Of a DNA stretch of 64,000 bases, positions 13,401 through 26,221 are shown one piece after another; position 1 is the stretch's first letter; each line of letters begins with the position of its first letter. Origin of the DNA: Lingula anatina (Eukaryota; Animalia; Brachiopoda); NCBI GenBank assembly GCA_051362555.1, contig CM120643.1, forward strand, positions 23,068,848-23,132,847, given 5' to 3'. Both the position numbers and the translations under genes were made by a program. The notes under the pieces are model-generated. The model worked only from the letters and a program-made list of their open reading frames with translations, was not told the DNA's origin and made no database searches.

Positions 13401-14213
13401 CGGAGGTTATCTAGCAGGTGGGTAGTGAGAAGAAATGGCGAGTGCTTTCATGAATTCAAGTACATGGCCTAGTGTCTGAAAGCGCCAAAGTCTGGTAATA
13501 TATATATTTTGAGACTCGGCGTGTGTGACACTTCGGTGTAAGGAGCAGAACAAAAAGGATATTTTTATATAATCTACAAACTGGGCCATTGGCTCCATAA
13601 TAATAGGAAAATATAGTGATTTATGCACGTAGAGTATTATTTAAGTCATTCAAAGTCAAGACCGTGATCATGCAGGACCAATTTGAACACGATCATTGAT
13701 GAAAAGATGATGAGAATTGCTGTAACTATTTATAATTTGCAAATGTTCGCTGCTATCATAAAACCCTTCAAAATCAATATACATAGCTTGTCCAGATTTA
13801 AGATTTGGTTATTTTTTGGTGGGGGTGGGGAGGTTTAGAAGAACATTATAGAAATTAGCGTTATATTAATTGACATGTTCGTTTGCTCATAACATGATGT
13901 TTTTATCACTTTAGGGCTCGCTCTGGATGCGTTCAGGTCCTACACCTTGGTATTCAACGCATGTGGACTGTGTTACTGTATCGCCCTGGCTTCCCAGATC
14001 ATAATTATATTATGTAACAGATTTTGGTACACTGTCCCCACGTCCTCAGTCCCAGTTATTGCAAAACGACAGATGTCAGCACCGTCAATATTCAATACGA
14101 GGCCAAGGGAAAGCAAAATTGCATTACACAACAAAAGCGATAAGCCATCAGAAACAACGGCCCTTTTTGCCAGAAATATAACTTTTGAATCGATACAAAT
14201 ACAGCCAAAGTGA
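10174..14213 (+). CDS. SLC16/monocarboxylate-transporter-like MFS protein, copy B (complete, 463 aa predicted)
   Basis: Exons 10174-10315, 10517-10819, 11376-11653, 12666-12891, 13274-13417, 13915-14213 (1392 nt, open frame). N-terminus YGYIILAA resembles the MCT TM1 WGWVV motif; short central loop; clear paralogue of copy A. Confidence 0.82.
10330..10400. repeat. (CT)n(CA)n microsatellite in an intron
   Basis: Read directly from the sequence. Confidence 0.9.
11880..12326. mobile_element. MITE (PIF/Harbinger-like) in an intron of SLC16 copy B
   Basis: Imperfect ~55-bp TIRs (GGCATCATTCAGAATAGGGGACTTACTAGTCCGAGGG / CCCTCGGACTAGTTAGTCCCCTACTCTGAATGGCCCC) flanked by AAA on both sides. Confidence 0.75.
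11971..12240. mobile_element. Nested TA-targeting MITE inside the 11880-12326 element
   Basis: TIRs CCCGCAAGAAAACGCAG / CTGCATTTTCGTGCGGG, with TA at 11969-11970 and 12241-12242; internal TACTGC/ATGCTC subrepeats. Confidence 0.75.
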
Positions 14214-14216
14214 TCC

Positions 14217-14362
14217 AAAACTAGTTCAAATATAGAATCTCGTGTGTTTTCAAATGGTGTTATTGTTATTTACTTATTTAGTTTATTTATTTAAAACTAG
14301 TTCAAATATAGAATCTAATGTGTTTTCAAATGGTGTTATTGTTATTTACTTATTTAGTTTAT
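14217..14362. repeat. Two-copy tandem duplication (~76-bp period) just after the copy B stop codon
   Basis: AAAACTAGTTCAAATATAGAATCT...TATTTAGTTTAT begins at both 14217 and 14293. Confidence 0.9.
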
Positions 14363-16820
14363 GGTTATTTATATATTTATTTTACCATTCCTGCTCTATT
14401 ATGAGAATGACGATTTCACATTTCGATTGCTTTCATACTTCCATGCAGTACAAGTTGTCAACGTGATTTACTCAATACGGTAATCAGTTACTACACGATT
14501 AATATTGATGCAAATTGACCCAATTTTATCAAACCCAAATAGAGCACATTCGTCTCATTAAGGAGCATAGATGACATGACATTCCAACTGATGTGGAGAA
14601 CGGTACATAAGAAGTGGATTGAAGGGACTGGCTTATGTATGAACCTCTTTCAGAGCGGAATATCTTTGGGGCGAAGATCCATTAGCGGGAGGGGGGGGGG
14701 GAGGGGGGAGAGAGAGATCGGGATCGAGTAAAAGAAGAGTCCACATCTAGCTATATTTTTGTATGTTTACATCTGACCAAATCTGCAATATGGGACTTTT
14801 CGAATATTTTTAATATAATATATATATTTTTTTGATAAAAAGTTTTTCGTTAAAAGGCATGACGTTTTGCAAACTAAACATTCGGATTAAACCCTCAAGT
14901 TGTGATGAAATTTTGCACCCGATTTCTGAGTGGTGCACACATTTACATGTACGTCACCCGCAGGTTGAGGGTACGCTAGGCATACGATGAATAAGCTAAT
15001 TTGAAGCTAAACATTCGTAACTGTTACGCTTCTCATGCAGTGATTGGTATTAGGCAGCGTATGAATAGCTTATATACAACGTAATACTGTCGGTTTCGGC
15101 TCGAAAAATGAAAAATGACCGATCGAGTTTTCAACTTCAGGGTAAATAGTGCATCGGGCCGCCCACGCTCCCCACCCCAACCCAATTTTGGTCACTCCAT
15201 CTCCTGCCCCCCCCCCCCCCAAAAAAAAAAAAATGATGTGCGGGACAAGACAATTTAGAAAGATTTTCATCCCCGCACCCTACATATAATTGCGGTATTG
15301 TCCTCGTCTTTTATGCTTGTATCGGTTCGCAGGACATTTTTTCTTTGCGCGGCCCCAACCCATAGAAAATGCTGGATCCACCAGTGATGTTTTATGCCTA
15401 TACTCTTAATGCATATGTTATTATCAGTATTTGATGAATTCCGACTCCTGTACTGTGCTTATACGAGTATGACTATTAGGTGGGTGTGTGGGATGGGGGG
15501 GGGGGGGGCGCGTAACCCCGCCCCCTAACCATCATTAAGCATTCCAGTTAAGCAAGGTTTAGGGAAAACCTTTAGCGTGACAAAGTGATGTTAAGGATAT
15601 TTGTGCTTTGTGATGTTAAGAACATTTCTGCTTTGTGAGAAGGGAGCGACCCCGCTACCCCTACGACATTCACCCACCCTCCCATGCTTCACACCTTACA
15701 TGTAGATGAGCTCGCTCATCGCTCCCTCCTTCAGCCTTAGACCCCATTCCCAGAGATTAGATCGATCCAAACTAGATCGACCTAACTCCCTGGGGGTTCA
15801 CGCTAAATAGCTGTCAGCCGAGCGGGCACGAAAGTTTATTACCCCCTGACAGCTTGTAGTAGGCGGGACGGACATTTAAGCCGGATTATCTGACAGTATA
15901 ATACACTGTCGCCCGTAGACAATAAATGCCAGAACACCTCGAGCTTCCGCGGCATAACTGAGAGAAAGTATTCGCATTTCATAGAAAAACACCCCTTAAA
16001 CTGAATACAGCGTACGAGTGTAACGCCACGGTCACATAATCTCTGTAAATGGGTGTAAATGGGTATGTGGCGTGGGCCGCGTGGCTATGACCCTGCTCTA
16101 ACAGTAGTCTTCATTTAACGTCGTAGCGTTAACAGTGCATGAATAAGCTATCATACATTGCACTTTTAAAACCACAGGTGAATAATTTCCATTGAGTTGA
16201 CCTTAATATCTATATGGATTCACGTCAGGGAAAGCTACACATGTATATTGTTAAACACAGTCTCTCGTAGCTGTAAAGGTAGTGCGTCCTTATAGTCTAT
16301 TATATGACCTGCGGTTAACCATATGTGGAAATGAAGAAAATAAGTGTATGGTGTTCTGAGGCCGTTCAATATAGACCCACTGCAGTTAGCTCAACATAAC
16401 GCACTTCTTTTATGGGCATTTCATTTAAAAGGTCAGTTGAAAAAGATTCTACAGTAAAGAGGGACACGGTGTGATGATCTATTGTTGGGTGTGTATGAAT
16501 TCAGTCAAGAGCAGGGCAGGTGAACTTAGATAAAACATCCAGCGTGGGATCACCGAGTGCATGGCCATGATCTATGGTTTTTGAGAGAAGCGTATGTGTT
16601 TTTACGGTCAGCATGTAAACCATAAGCGTTCGTAAAGCAGAAAGGACATTGTCTTCGCAAATTTGCACTTGGTTACCTGTTCACACATAATTAATTGCAT
16701 TGTCTGCATTCCAATGGCGTTGTGGCATTATTTTCGCATATGATGAGCGGAAGGAAAAGGATATTCAGATAACGACAACCTCTGCATCTTTTCATGGTAA
16801 ATTTTTGGGGCACATAAAAG

Positions 16821-17978
16821 ATGACGATGAATAAAATAATACGTGTCTTCATGGTAGGCGACGTTATGCTAGGGAGAGGAATTGATCAAATCCTACCATA
16901 TCATTGTAACCCAAGGATATATCAGGAGGACGCGAGCGATGCTAGAGAATACATTCAATTTGCCGTGGAGAAGAATGGCCCGCTGCCCAAGCACATCGGA
17001 ATGGAGTATGTCTGGGGAGATGCCTTACAGATCCTACGAGAGAAAAGACCAGATTTCCGTTTGATCAACCTAGAAACTGCCGTCACTACAAGCGAAACCC
17101 CGTGGATGGGGAAATCATTTCACTTCCGGACGCACCCTCAGCATGTGCAATCTTTGCGAGCAGCCGGTGTGGACTGCTGTGTCCTCAGCAACAACCACGT
17201 GCTGGATTGGGGCTACCCCGGTCTGGCTGAGACACTTACTACTTTAAAGGAAGCGGACTTGAAGTACGTTGGCGCAGGAGAGAATATATTTGAAGCGCAA
17301 CAGCCGGCGATCTTTGAAGTTCCGAACAAGGGACGCGTCATAGTCTTCGGGGGGTGTCATAATTCCTCTCACGTCTATGACGCATGGCAGGCAACGGAGA
17401 CAAAACCAGGGGTGAATCTTCTTAGCTTTGATGACGTCCCTCATGTGGTGAAACAACTAGCAGCTCGGGTGAAAAGAGTCAAGAAACCTGGGGACATAGT
17501 CATTTTTTCCGTTCACTGGGGACCCAATTATCAATGGCAAAGTTATCACACGGAGCGTGAGTTTTCACGCACCGCCATCGACGTAGCCGGCGTGGACGTA
17601 ATACACGGTCATTCCTCTCACCACGTAAAAGGTATTGAGGTTTACAACGGTAAATTGATCATGTATGGATGTGGAGATTTCCTCAATGATTATGAGGGCA
17701 AATTTAAGCCAAATCGGACGAAGTACCACAACGACCGCAGTATTATGTATTTTGCCGATATAAATGCAGCTACGGGACACGTTGCTGGGCTAAGAATGGT
17801 CCCCACTATGATGAAAAATTTGCGCGTGACAAAAGCTGATGAAGAGGCGACAAAATGGCTACACGAAAAGATGGCTGAACTTTGTGAGGAATATGGAGAA
17901 GGAGTGGAGAGAAACAGGACTGAACTAAGATTAGTTATACCCTCTGTTAAAGGACAAATCCCTTTGTCTCTTTTTTGA
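16821..17978 (+). CDS. CapA / PGA_cap family calcineurin-like metallophosphoesterase (poly-gamma-glutamate synthesis accessory protein-like), intronless, 385 aa
   Basis: Complete motif set of the family: GDVMLGRG, INLET, LSNNHVLDWG, GAG, SVHWG, GHSSHH, IEVY, YGCGDFLNDYEG. Single uninterrupted ORF, no signal peptide; AATAAA at 18238-18243. Confidence 0.92.
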   Translation: MTMNKIIRVFMVGDVMLGRGIDQILPYHCNPRIYQEDASDAREYIQFAVEKNGPLPKHIGMEYVWGDALQILREKRPDFRLINLETAVTTSETPWMGKSFHFRTHPQHVQSLRAAGVDCCVLSNNHVLDWGYPGLAETLTTLKEADLKYVGAGENIFEAQQPAIFEVPNKGRVIVFGGCHNSSHVYDAWQATETKPGVNLLSFDDVPHVVKQLAARVKRVKKPGDIVIFSVHWGPNYQWQSYHTEREFSRTAIDVAGVDVIHGHSSHHVKGIEVYNGKLIMYGCGDFLNDYEGKFKPNRTKYHNDRSIMYFADINAATGHVAGLRMVPTMMKNLRVTKADEEATKWLHEKMAELCEEYGEGVERNRTELRLVIPSVKGQIPLSLF

Positions 17979-18871
17979 CAAATACCCATGAGTATGCTTG
18001 TATCAATAATCATGCTTATTCCGAACTCATATTGGTTTCTGTAGAAAGACCACTTTTATAAGGCTCTTATTCGGTATTTTCGTTACGCGCGAAGATAACT
18101 TTTTATTTCCCGAGATGCGTGAAATCTTCATATTTTTTAGCGTGATCTGAGGAGAACCCCATTCCCGTGTCTAGTAAATGCGACTTTTTAATCCTCGAAA
18201 AGAATTTATTATATTTTCAACTCGCCAGTGAAATATGAATAAAGTTTTATGTAATGTACTGTGATTTCCCGCGAACTGTGATCATAACCCCCCAAAAGGA
18301 CTCTTTTTTATGTACATACAACAGCTCCGATGCTGAATACCGTTACTGTGCCATTTGCTTTGAATCTGATGATGCACTATTTATAGAGAGTGTCATCGTG
18401 ACAGTGACCCCGTCCAGTTGGCTTTCAAAATCTCCTTTTCATATTTCCTTAAACACGCACGTGCGTGCGCTCCAAGATTTCCTAAACAATTCTTTGCCAA
18501 GAATGTTAGTTTACCACGTATACATAATTCGTGTTTAAATATTTCGATGGCAAAGTATTGAGGCACCAAGCAAACGATACAGAGCCCGTGAATTTGTGCC
18601 ACGAGCAAGGCTTAAGTCAAGCTACACTAACGTAGATCACTTAAACGTCGTCTGGGCATTAACCTACCGTTTCGAATCTGGCATTTAGTAATCCTACACA
18701 CGGGTCGCAAAGTATCTGAATTCTTTATATAAAAACCTGTTAAAAATATGAAGAATTAGACCAGCGTTTGAATGAATTTATGTTAAATTCCAGCCATTAA
18801 ACTTGTACACTTAAATATATTTTCTAATACGGGGAAACTTCAGGGTTCTGTTGTGCCTTTAAATCTTTATA

Positions 18872-19122
18872 ATTACCTCCGCCAAGGAGGTTATGTTTTC
18901 ACCCCTGTTTGTTTGTTTGTTTGTTTGTTTGTCTGTCATCAATATAACTCAAAAAGTTATGCACCGATTTTGATGAAATTTTCAGAAACTGTCAGAAGTG
19001 GGCCAAGGAACAGATGATTAGTTTTTGGTGGTGATCTGGATCAATTATCAATCAATAATCAATAATAATAAAAAAAATGCTGCCTTGGCGGTGGTCTGCG
19101 CTCTCGGAGTGCTTTTCTAGTT
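18872..19122 (+). mobile_element. Non-autonomous Helentron/DINE-like element (HINE)
   Basis: Starts ATTACCTCCGCCAAGGAGGTTATGTTTTC; internal (GTTT)n; subterminal inverted repeat CCTTGGCGGTGG; 3' hairpin GCGCTCTCGGAGTGC; ends CTAGTT. Confidence 0.8.
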
Positions 19123-20219
19123 AAAATTGACTTTATGTTCTAATATTTGTAACTGAGAGAAACATATGACATTGATATGGACAAATTCCAACGTTTTTCT
19201 CAGCATTAAACAACTCGTGACAAACGTTTTGAACTCGAATTTATTTACAAATGAACATTATCTTTGCTTAAGCTCATGTCACCTTATTAAACGTCTACAC
19301 ACGCAGGTTTATTAACTGAAAGAAACATGTTATCAAGGTATTATATTGCGGAAAAAGTAATTATTAAGAAACTCTTTTCGACATTATTATTTTCACGTTT
19401 TACTTAATCGATTTATTGCATCGACTCCCGTCTTGACAAGTATTATTGCAACTTGTTGCTATGGAAGTCATCAAAACCATATTCTCCGTGTATTCTCGTT
19501 AGTGTACCAGTACAGCCTCCGAACAGAACATCTTAAACGAGGCTTGAGTTTGGAAAGCGAACTTTCACCAATGATGACGAACTTAGCAACTGATTTGCAT
19601 AAAAGTGCAAGACCACGTGAAAGATAGCACTCCGGTTCAAAACCATCATATGATCTTTTTACGTGGCAAGCAGCATTAACGATGGTACAATTAGTTAAAC
19701 GTAAATAATAATGAATCGTTAAGATGCCTAGCTGTTTTGTTCTCAGTAACATTTGAAGAAATTAGAGGCATCTTGCAAGACGAATTTTTTTCTTTGATGG
19801 AAATGTTTCTCAACATCGAGGCTGAAAGAGCCCGTCATACTTTTCAGTAAGTCATTTACCTATGCCCATAACTTATTTCTTCCAGTAAGTCCAGATCCTG
19901 TCAGATTTCAACGCAACCTCCATGAGTCCAAAGTATTTGCAGTGGTGTTCAGTCTCTTAGGTATAAACTTAATACTATTTTCAGGCCATTGACTTACCCT
20001 ATTTCATAATAAATTAGTTTGGTTATAGTCCCAATGTTTTTGTGCTCGAGTGCTGAATGGTTAATGAAATGTGTAGGGAATATAGACACGCGGTGGAACC
20101 CATCTCCCGATGAGAAGTAACACTCGTTTTTCATATCTTGCCATTATTCGTATTCCTCACACCCGGTGCAAAGTTACGCCGTACATGGTGATCTATTTTA
20201 ATTTTCCATTTTTCGCTGC

Positions 20220-23200
20220 TTATATCCCGTATTTATAGCTTGACGAGGAAGGGAAAAAGCTACTATAACCTCCGTAACTGGCCTGCGGTTTCATGGGGGC
20301 TGCGTAGTAAGTTGGTGCTGAAACCGAATTAAGACAAATTTGTGATAAATAACTTTCATGGTATCAACAGTGACCGAATACTGCAAAGTAAACTGAAATA
20401 ATAGAATCGTTTCGTCATAGACACAATGTATTTGAGTATAGATGATAGTCATAAATAAGTTAAGATAATAAAATCCAATTGATTCTTAGCAAAAAACGTG
20501 TTTTTCAATTGAAGACGTTATAAAATTCACACTCAACATTTCGTAACTTTCACTTTGATATGTCTTGACAATACTTGTTAGAACCGTTGCAGAGTATTCA
20601 TGAATAAATGTATATGTTAGGTTTTGAAACGTAACGTTAAAAACTATAATAATTTCAATATTAAAATATGAAATGTAGATCTTAAGAAAATCTTCAAAAC
20701 CCTGTTTAGCGGACCACTTACCTTTAGCATATGGGTTTTGCGCTTTCTGGGGCGGACCATGGTAATAATTGACATTTCCTTTTCCCTTAGTGGCGGCAGT
20801 CGCTTAAAGAAAGCGAAAAAATCGAGGATGAATAATATATCTGTTTCTAAAAATATCCAGAATGGACATCCCAGTTACATAACATTAGAGAAGGTATGTT
20901 ATTTATCTATTTATTTATATGCTTATAAGTAAGAGTAGTTGATAAGAGATTGATAATGAGTTAATCAGATTCCTTGCCACGTGACATTACAGTACACAGC
21001 TACCGGTAGATGGCGTTTCAGCAACTGGCAAGTACATGTATATTGTCGTATGCGTTTTAACAACAAACTTCAATATACAGCGAAGAAAGTATTTTTTTTT
21101 GAAACTCACCAGGTCTGTAGCCTTCGTTACGGTCCACTATGAATCAATAAAAATAATAAATTTATCACGCGCTCTTGGATGTACTTATTTGGTGCAAATA
21201 TTGGCAATTCTGTTTCAATAAAACCAATTATCATTTAATAGTTATTCAAAATATGTGCAGGAGAAGATAGTGCCCTTTCTCTGTGGACAACAAGCAAATT
21301 ATAATGAAAAGGCGGCAAATACACTAAAATGTTACGGATGTTATTACAAAATGAATACAATATTGTGGACGAAGCAAAAACTTTTTGTCACAGAACATGA
21401 GTTAGAAGATGGAATATCTATCCTTGTGCATAGTTGCCTGACATGACAAATATGCTAGGAAAATTTATCCAGCTTATCTTCGTTGGCATTAAATACATGG
21501 ATGAATGAATTGAGAAATATTTAGACCAATTATTTATTATTAATTTGATTAAGTTAAACAATAACATGCAAACAAACAAAAAATAAAACAAAAGTTACCT
21601 GCCTCTGCCTCAAAACTATATATAAATGGAATCACATTAATGGTTGCAGACGAAAATCCAAAAAGACTTGCAAGAAAATTAGGAACAAAAAGTTACCTCT
21701 CTGGCAATAGCCCGCAAATCCTTGAGAGAACCCGTAGTCGTGCCCCACGTTGCCGGGGATATGAGCACCGTGGGCCATGTAGCTGTCCAGGCTCTTTGAC
21801 GGACTCGGGTAGACGCATTTATATTCTATAGTATTCAGACGGTCGAAAGAACAAAGCGTTTGCACTGCAATTTGGATATAAAGTGAGAAGAAAGCGAAGC
21901 GGATCTGCTGTTCAATCGACAAAGAACCCGGGGCAAAAATCGAATCTGTTGGTATGGTGATTCCGGGCAAGACAATAGGCAATAGGTCGAGAAGTTGCAG
22001 GCAGTCCAGATTTCTGATGTTACAATCTCCGTCGGTGTGGCAGGTGCTTCCTTCGACTGTTAAAGAAAGAATGAGGTTTGTGCTGGGTTAAGTGCTCCGT
22101 TGTAAGTATGTTACGGTAAGGTTGCACAGTCACAGATGTGGCCTCCATTTTCGTTTTGTTTAAATGCTTTAAGATCTAATTGTATTATATATGAATACAT
22201 TACTCTATTGTATAAGTCACTGCTCACACAATGTGCTTAAAAAGGAAGGTTTTAAGCAATTTAAGAAAAAATGTCACCATCTTCAGTGGCAAAGGACAAA
22301 GGGCACGGAGGGGTTAGAAAGAACCACCTTTTTGGCTTAAAAACTCCTCCCAATCAATAGTCGACTTAGGTTCTTAACAATTTCTCAAATTTACACCAAA
22401 GGGCTAAAAATGTTCATTTTTACTGCAAAAAGACCCCCCCCCCCGGTCCCTTTGAAAATTCTAGCTGCCTGGTCTTACTATTAAATGGGAATTACACGCT
22501 GGTTTCCTTACCAGGAACACATTCCAGTCGGGCACCAGCACCTTGACCTAGGGCTATTGCACTGAATCCTGGCAGACAAGTACAGACTCGGCCGCTCCCC
22601 GGGACCTCGAGTACTCCAGCCTTTTTCTCCACTATGCTGTATTTTTCTCCATTAACGTTTCCTAGCAGCGTGGAACAGCTGGAGTACTTTGCGATGCAAA
22701 CGTCCTGTTGGGGGTCGCAGGGTTGATTCAGCTCTGAAGAATATAGTTTTTATGTTTAACGTTTTGTCCCAGCAAGAGGCGTTCTTTTCTCCCTTTTTAT
22801 TTTAAAGAGGTCACAAATAGCACGGATAAACGCTAGCCGCTACTAGTAGTGAACTGGATAAAAATCGAGTAAAGGGATGATGCCTAGACACTCCATAAAA
22901 TAAGTACGGTTTTCGTGAAAGAACAACAAAACTAATTTTGTCAAGTAGCAACTATTTTATGGCTCTAAGACTTTCTATGATCTAGTAACACTCATCATCT
23001 CACACAATTCAATATTAAAATCCCGCTGATACTGTGTAGACGTACGTAAGGGTTAACTATGTTAAGTTTCGTAATGGATAATCTCTCTTCTTAAACGTCA
23101 ATGACCATTTGAATATATTGCAGAGTATTTGGGGGTCTATCTGAACGTTGTAATTAGAAGTAAAATTTACTTACCAAGTTCAGCAGCGAGAGTTTGGTCC

Positions 23201-23467
23201 CAGAACAAGAAGCTGGCTACCATACACAGCGCAGGCAGCACCTTCGGGAAAGAGATTAATAGGAAATAAAGCAAATGATGAAAGGAGAAAAATCTACTGA
23301 TGATATACCAAGGATAATGGTGAGAGAAATAATAACAAAAATGCATTAATGAACTAAACCTTGCACAATAATGACGTGATAAATAATTTGTTTTGACGAC
23401 CAATATTTCTGGAACATAAAATTTTTAACAGAATGGTGTTTGTTACCTTCATACTGTGTCTTTTCAT
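20220..23467 (-). CDS. Secreted 12-Cys / Gly-Tyr-tail protein, copy 1 (~291 aa)
   Basis: Exons (minus) 23467-23447 (alternative ATG 23452), 23241-23175, 22733-22512, 22056-21697, 21136-21110, 20802-20722, 20317-20220. Signal peptide MK|VLPALCMVASFLFWDQTLA; core CDPQQDVCIAKYSSC..VCTCLPGFSA..ECVPVEGSTCHTDGDCNIRNLDC; ends SYGGYSSFFPSSSSYKYGI*. Confidence 0.85.
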
Positions 23468-23596
23468 TGACGTCTCCAACAAGATGATGTCCCTTTGCCA
23501 GCTTTTTGGGGAATTGCAGGCCCCAAAGTAAAAATTTAGCAGGCTGCTACGTTTTTCTCCTTTCCTTTTTGTGACAGTGTAAATGAGGTAGTTAAA

Positions 23597-23604
23597 CTTT
23601 TATA
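23597..23604 (-). promoter_or_regulatory. TATA box (TATAAAAG) upstream of copy 1
   Basis: Same octamer lies at an equivalent position upstream of copies 3, 5 and 6. Confidence 0.55.
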
Positions 23605-24761
23605 TCGGTAATAAGGAAGAGCGATGCTGTCCAATAGCATCCATCGTTTCATTGTATGATTTATAAATATCTAATCTCTTCTTCTTTAACTGGCTGCAGT
23701 TAACGCTTTACGGACAAAAATCATAATTCCAATGGAGAGATTTTTAAAGAAGACAGATTATTATAATCAAGAATCAGTATGTAATTTGACGTAAAAACGT
23801 GTAATTCTGAGACATTATCTGTCTAAAAGTCCGTGTAAATATGCAGTGCGGTGTATCACTTATTACATGATAACTTTGACCTCCAGGGGTTATCTTTGAC
23901 GTTCATTTTTTCATGTCTTCCGCGTCGTTTACCACGGTCAAGTTGAACAATTTGTGTTAATCTCTACCTTGACTTATCATATAATTGGTAGGGTAGAAAC
24001 TATGCTTTTCATTTTTTCCTGTTAGAGGGAAGTCGTTTTGGATAAGGCACATGTTTTACAAATGAACGCGAACGGCTTAAATCTATAGCTCTCTAAAGAA
24101 ATTGATAGATCGTAGAGTATTAAATCTCGCATTGTTTTGAATTTTCAGAAATGGAAATATCAGGAAATACAGTAAAAAATGTTGCAAGTGATGGCTTATA
24201 AAATTATTGATAACATGATATTATTTTTAATTCATTAGCACGCGTGATCAACCTGTTCTTTCGGTATCCAATCCGAAAATGTACATTAAAAAACGAGCCG
24301 TTCTTTATTCATATTAAAAGCGTGCTGAAAGCGTAACTGCGCATTAAAATTGCGGTTGTTGCATTCAGTTAGTATATCATATACTGTAAGCAAGGCACGT
24401 TTGAAACATCAAAACTTTACCGTTTGTAAAAAGAGAAATTTAAATGAATTTGTAGGTACACGGATGTGAATGCGTACAGAGAGGGCAATGCATTTTGGTA
24501 GACGAAATTAAAAACTGACCTCGGAAAGAAAAAAACTCGTGCCAATTATAATAATATTTTGATAAATTTCTTTTGGAATCTACCAGAAAGATGTGCCAGC
24601 CAGAATTAAATACATCAAAATTCGAAAAGGCGAAAAAAATGTAAAAAAAGCATGTACATTTCCACTTATTATATGCTTAATGACGAAAATGTACTTTTTG
24701 CTATGTCTTCTGTTATAGATTTCAGCAAATGAATGTTCGGGGGGTAAAAATAAAAATCTTT

Positions 24762-24992
24762 ATTACCCCTGCCAAGGAATTTATGATTTCACATCGGTAT
24801 GTTTGGTTGTTCGTCTCTAGCCAAAGTCAAAAACCTATTGATGGTTTTTGATAAAATTTTCAGGATAGGAATAGGCTACATTAAAAGTGATAAGTTTGTG
24901 GTGATGATTGAGAGCCATCAATTAATTAATGGTTGATTTTAGTTAATTATTTGTCTTCGTGGAGGCCTGCGCACTCTGAGTTTTTTCTAGTT
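24762..24992 (+). mobile_element. Degenerate copy of the HINE at 18872
   Basis: ATTACCCCTGCCAAGGAATTTATGATTTC start and GGAGGCCTGCGCACTCTGAGTTTTTTCTAGTT end align to 18872-19122. Confidence 0.65.
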
Positions 24993-26221
24993 TGGTTTGT
25001 TTTCGCACCGAAACCCAACAAATAGTTCCTTTAAATTTTTATCTGTGACTTCACGCTTTTGACATCTTTTATTCCGCAAACACCAATTAACATTGCTTGC
25101 AGTTACATAGTTTCTCCCTGGAATTCTACACTTTTTATCAGACAAAAACATTCCGCTCGCATCTTCATAATGGTCTTATCCAACCTAACATTTTTCTGCT
25201 TACTTTTTCTCCAAAATTGTGGGATAAATAAGAATAAAACTGAAAAGGGACTAATATTGGCACAATTTTTCATCTTTTTCCTTTTTACTAATTCTATTTG
25301 AAACATTATTAATTTTTTGTGGGGGAGGGGATAGTCAGGAGAGTTTTCATATATCACGGTCCATGTTTGTGTATATGTCGGGAAAGCTAATTCAAGATCA
25401 TATAAACGCCGTAGATATTTTAAGTTGTTCCTTTTTTAGGCTTCATCAAAAATATAGCGTGTGCAAAAATTAAAGTAGTAGGCCTATCAAAGTTAATCAG
25501 ATACATTGCAACATAGAGCCTGTCATTTGGGAATTAATAGCCATTTTACATCTTAATCTATCCATCATTCTTCGATTCATTCAGATCAATATCCACGAGT
25601 GTTAAAAAGTATTTATACAATTAATATTTAAATTCAACATAATGGCTACTTAGTTTCTTTAAAATGCTACAAAGGATTCCAATAAAATGGCCGAGATAAA
25701 CCGTTAAATGAATTGAGTAAATACGTGTACAGTGTAGCTGTTCTGATTTTCTTAGAATAAGGGAGGGCGTAATGAAAAATCTAAACGGCAACATGACACA
25801 ATAAAACAACATATGAACAACAGCATTTTATTAAAGCGACGCAAGTACAGCTACAAAACAGTGGTAATCTTGGCGGTGAACCGCATAAGATAAATTATGT
25901 TCATGCGTTTAACCGGCCCCATGGAAATAACACTGCTCTTCCACTTTAAAATGGAAAGATCCTTAGTTCTTAAATAACTTTAAATAAAGAAGCGACAAGG
26001 ACGCCCTTTACTTATTTTTCGATATTTATTGTCATCATCCTCCGGGGCAAAGTCCAGAATAATTTTGGCAAAACAAAAGTTTGTTTTAAATAATCCATTT
26101 CAATAAAATGGAACATTCAAGGTAACATTGCTGTAAGCTCATGATCTTCCACGTGTTTGTATTCTAATTTGTTCCTTCAAAGATGGATCCCACTCCACCC
26201 ATACAGCTTTTCTCTCTAACC

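Noticed and set aside
15745-15890. Segment resembling 27876-28045 (possible small repeat family)
   Set aside because: Similarity is patchy and partly inverted; boundaries and class could not be defined by eye.
16821-17978. Bacterial contaminant contig or capBCA operon
   Set aside because: No capB/capC or other prokaryotic genes are nearby; the flanks carry animal transposons and spliced genes.
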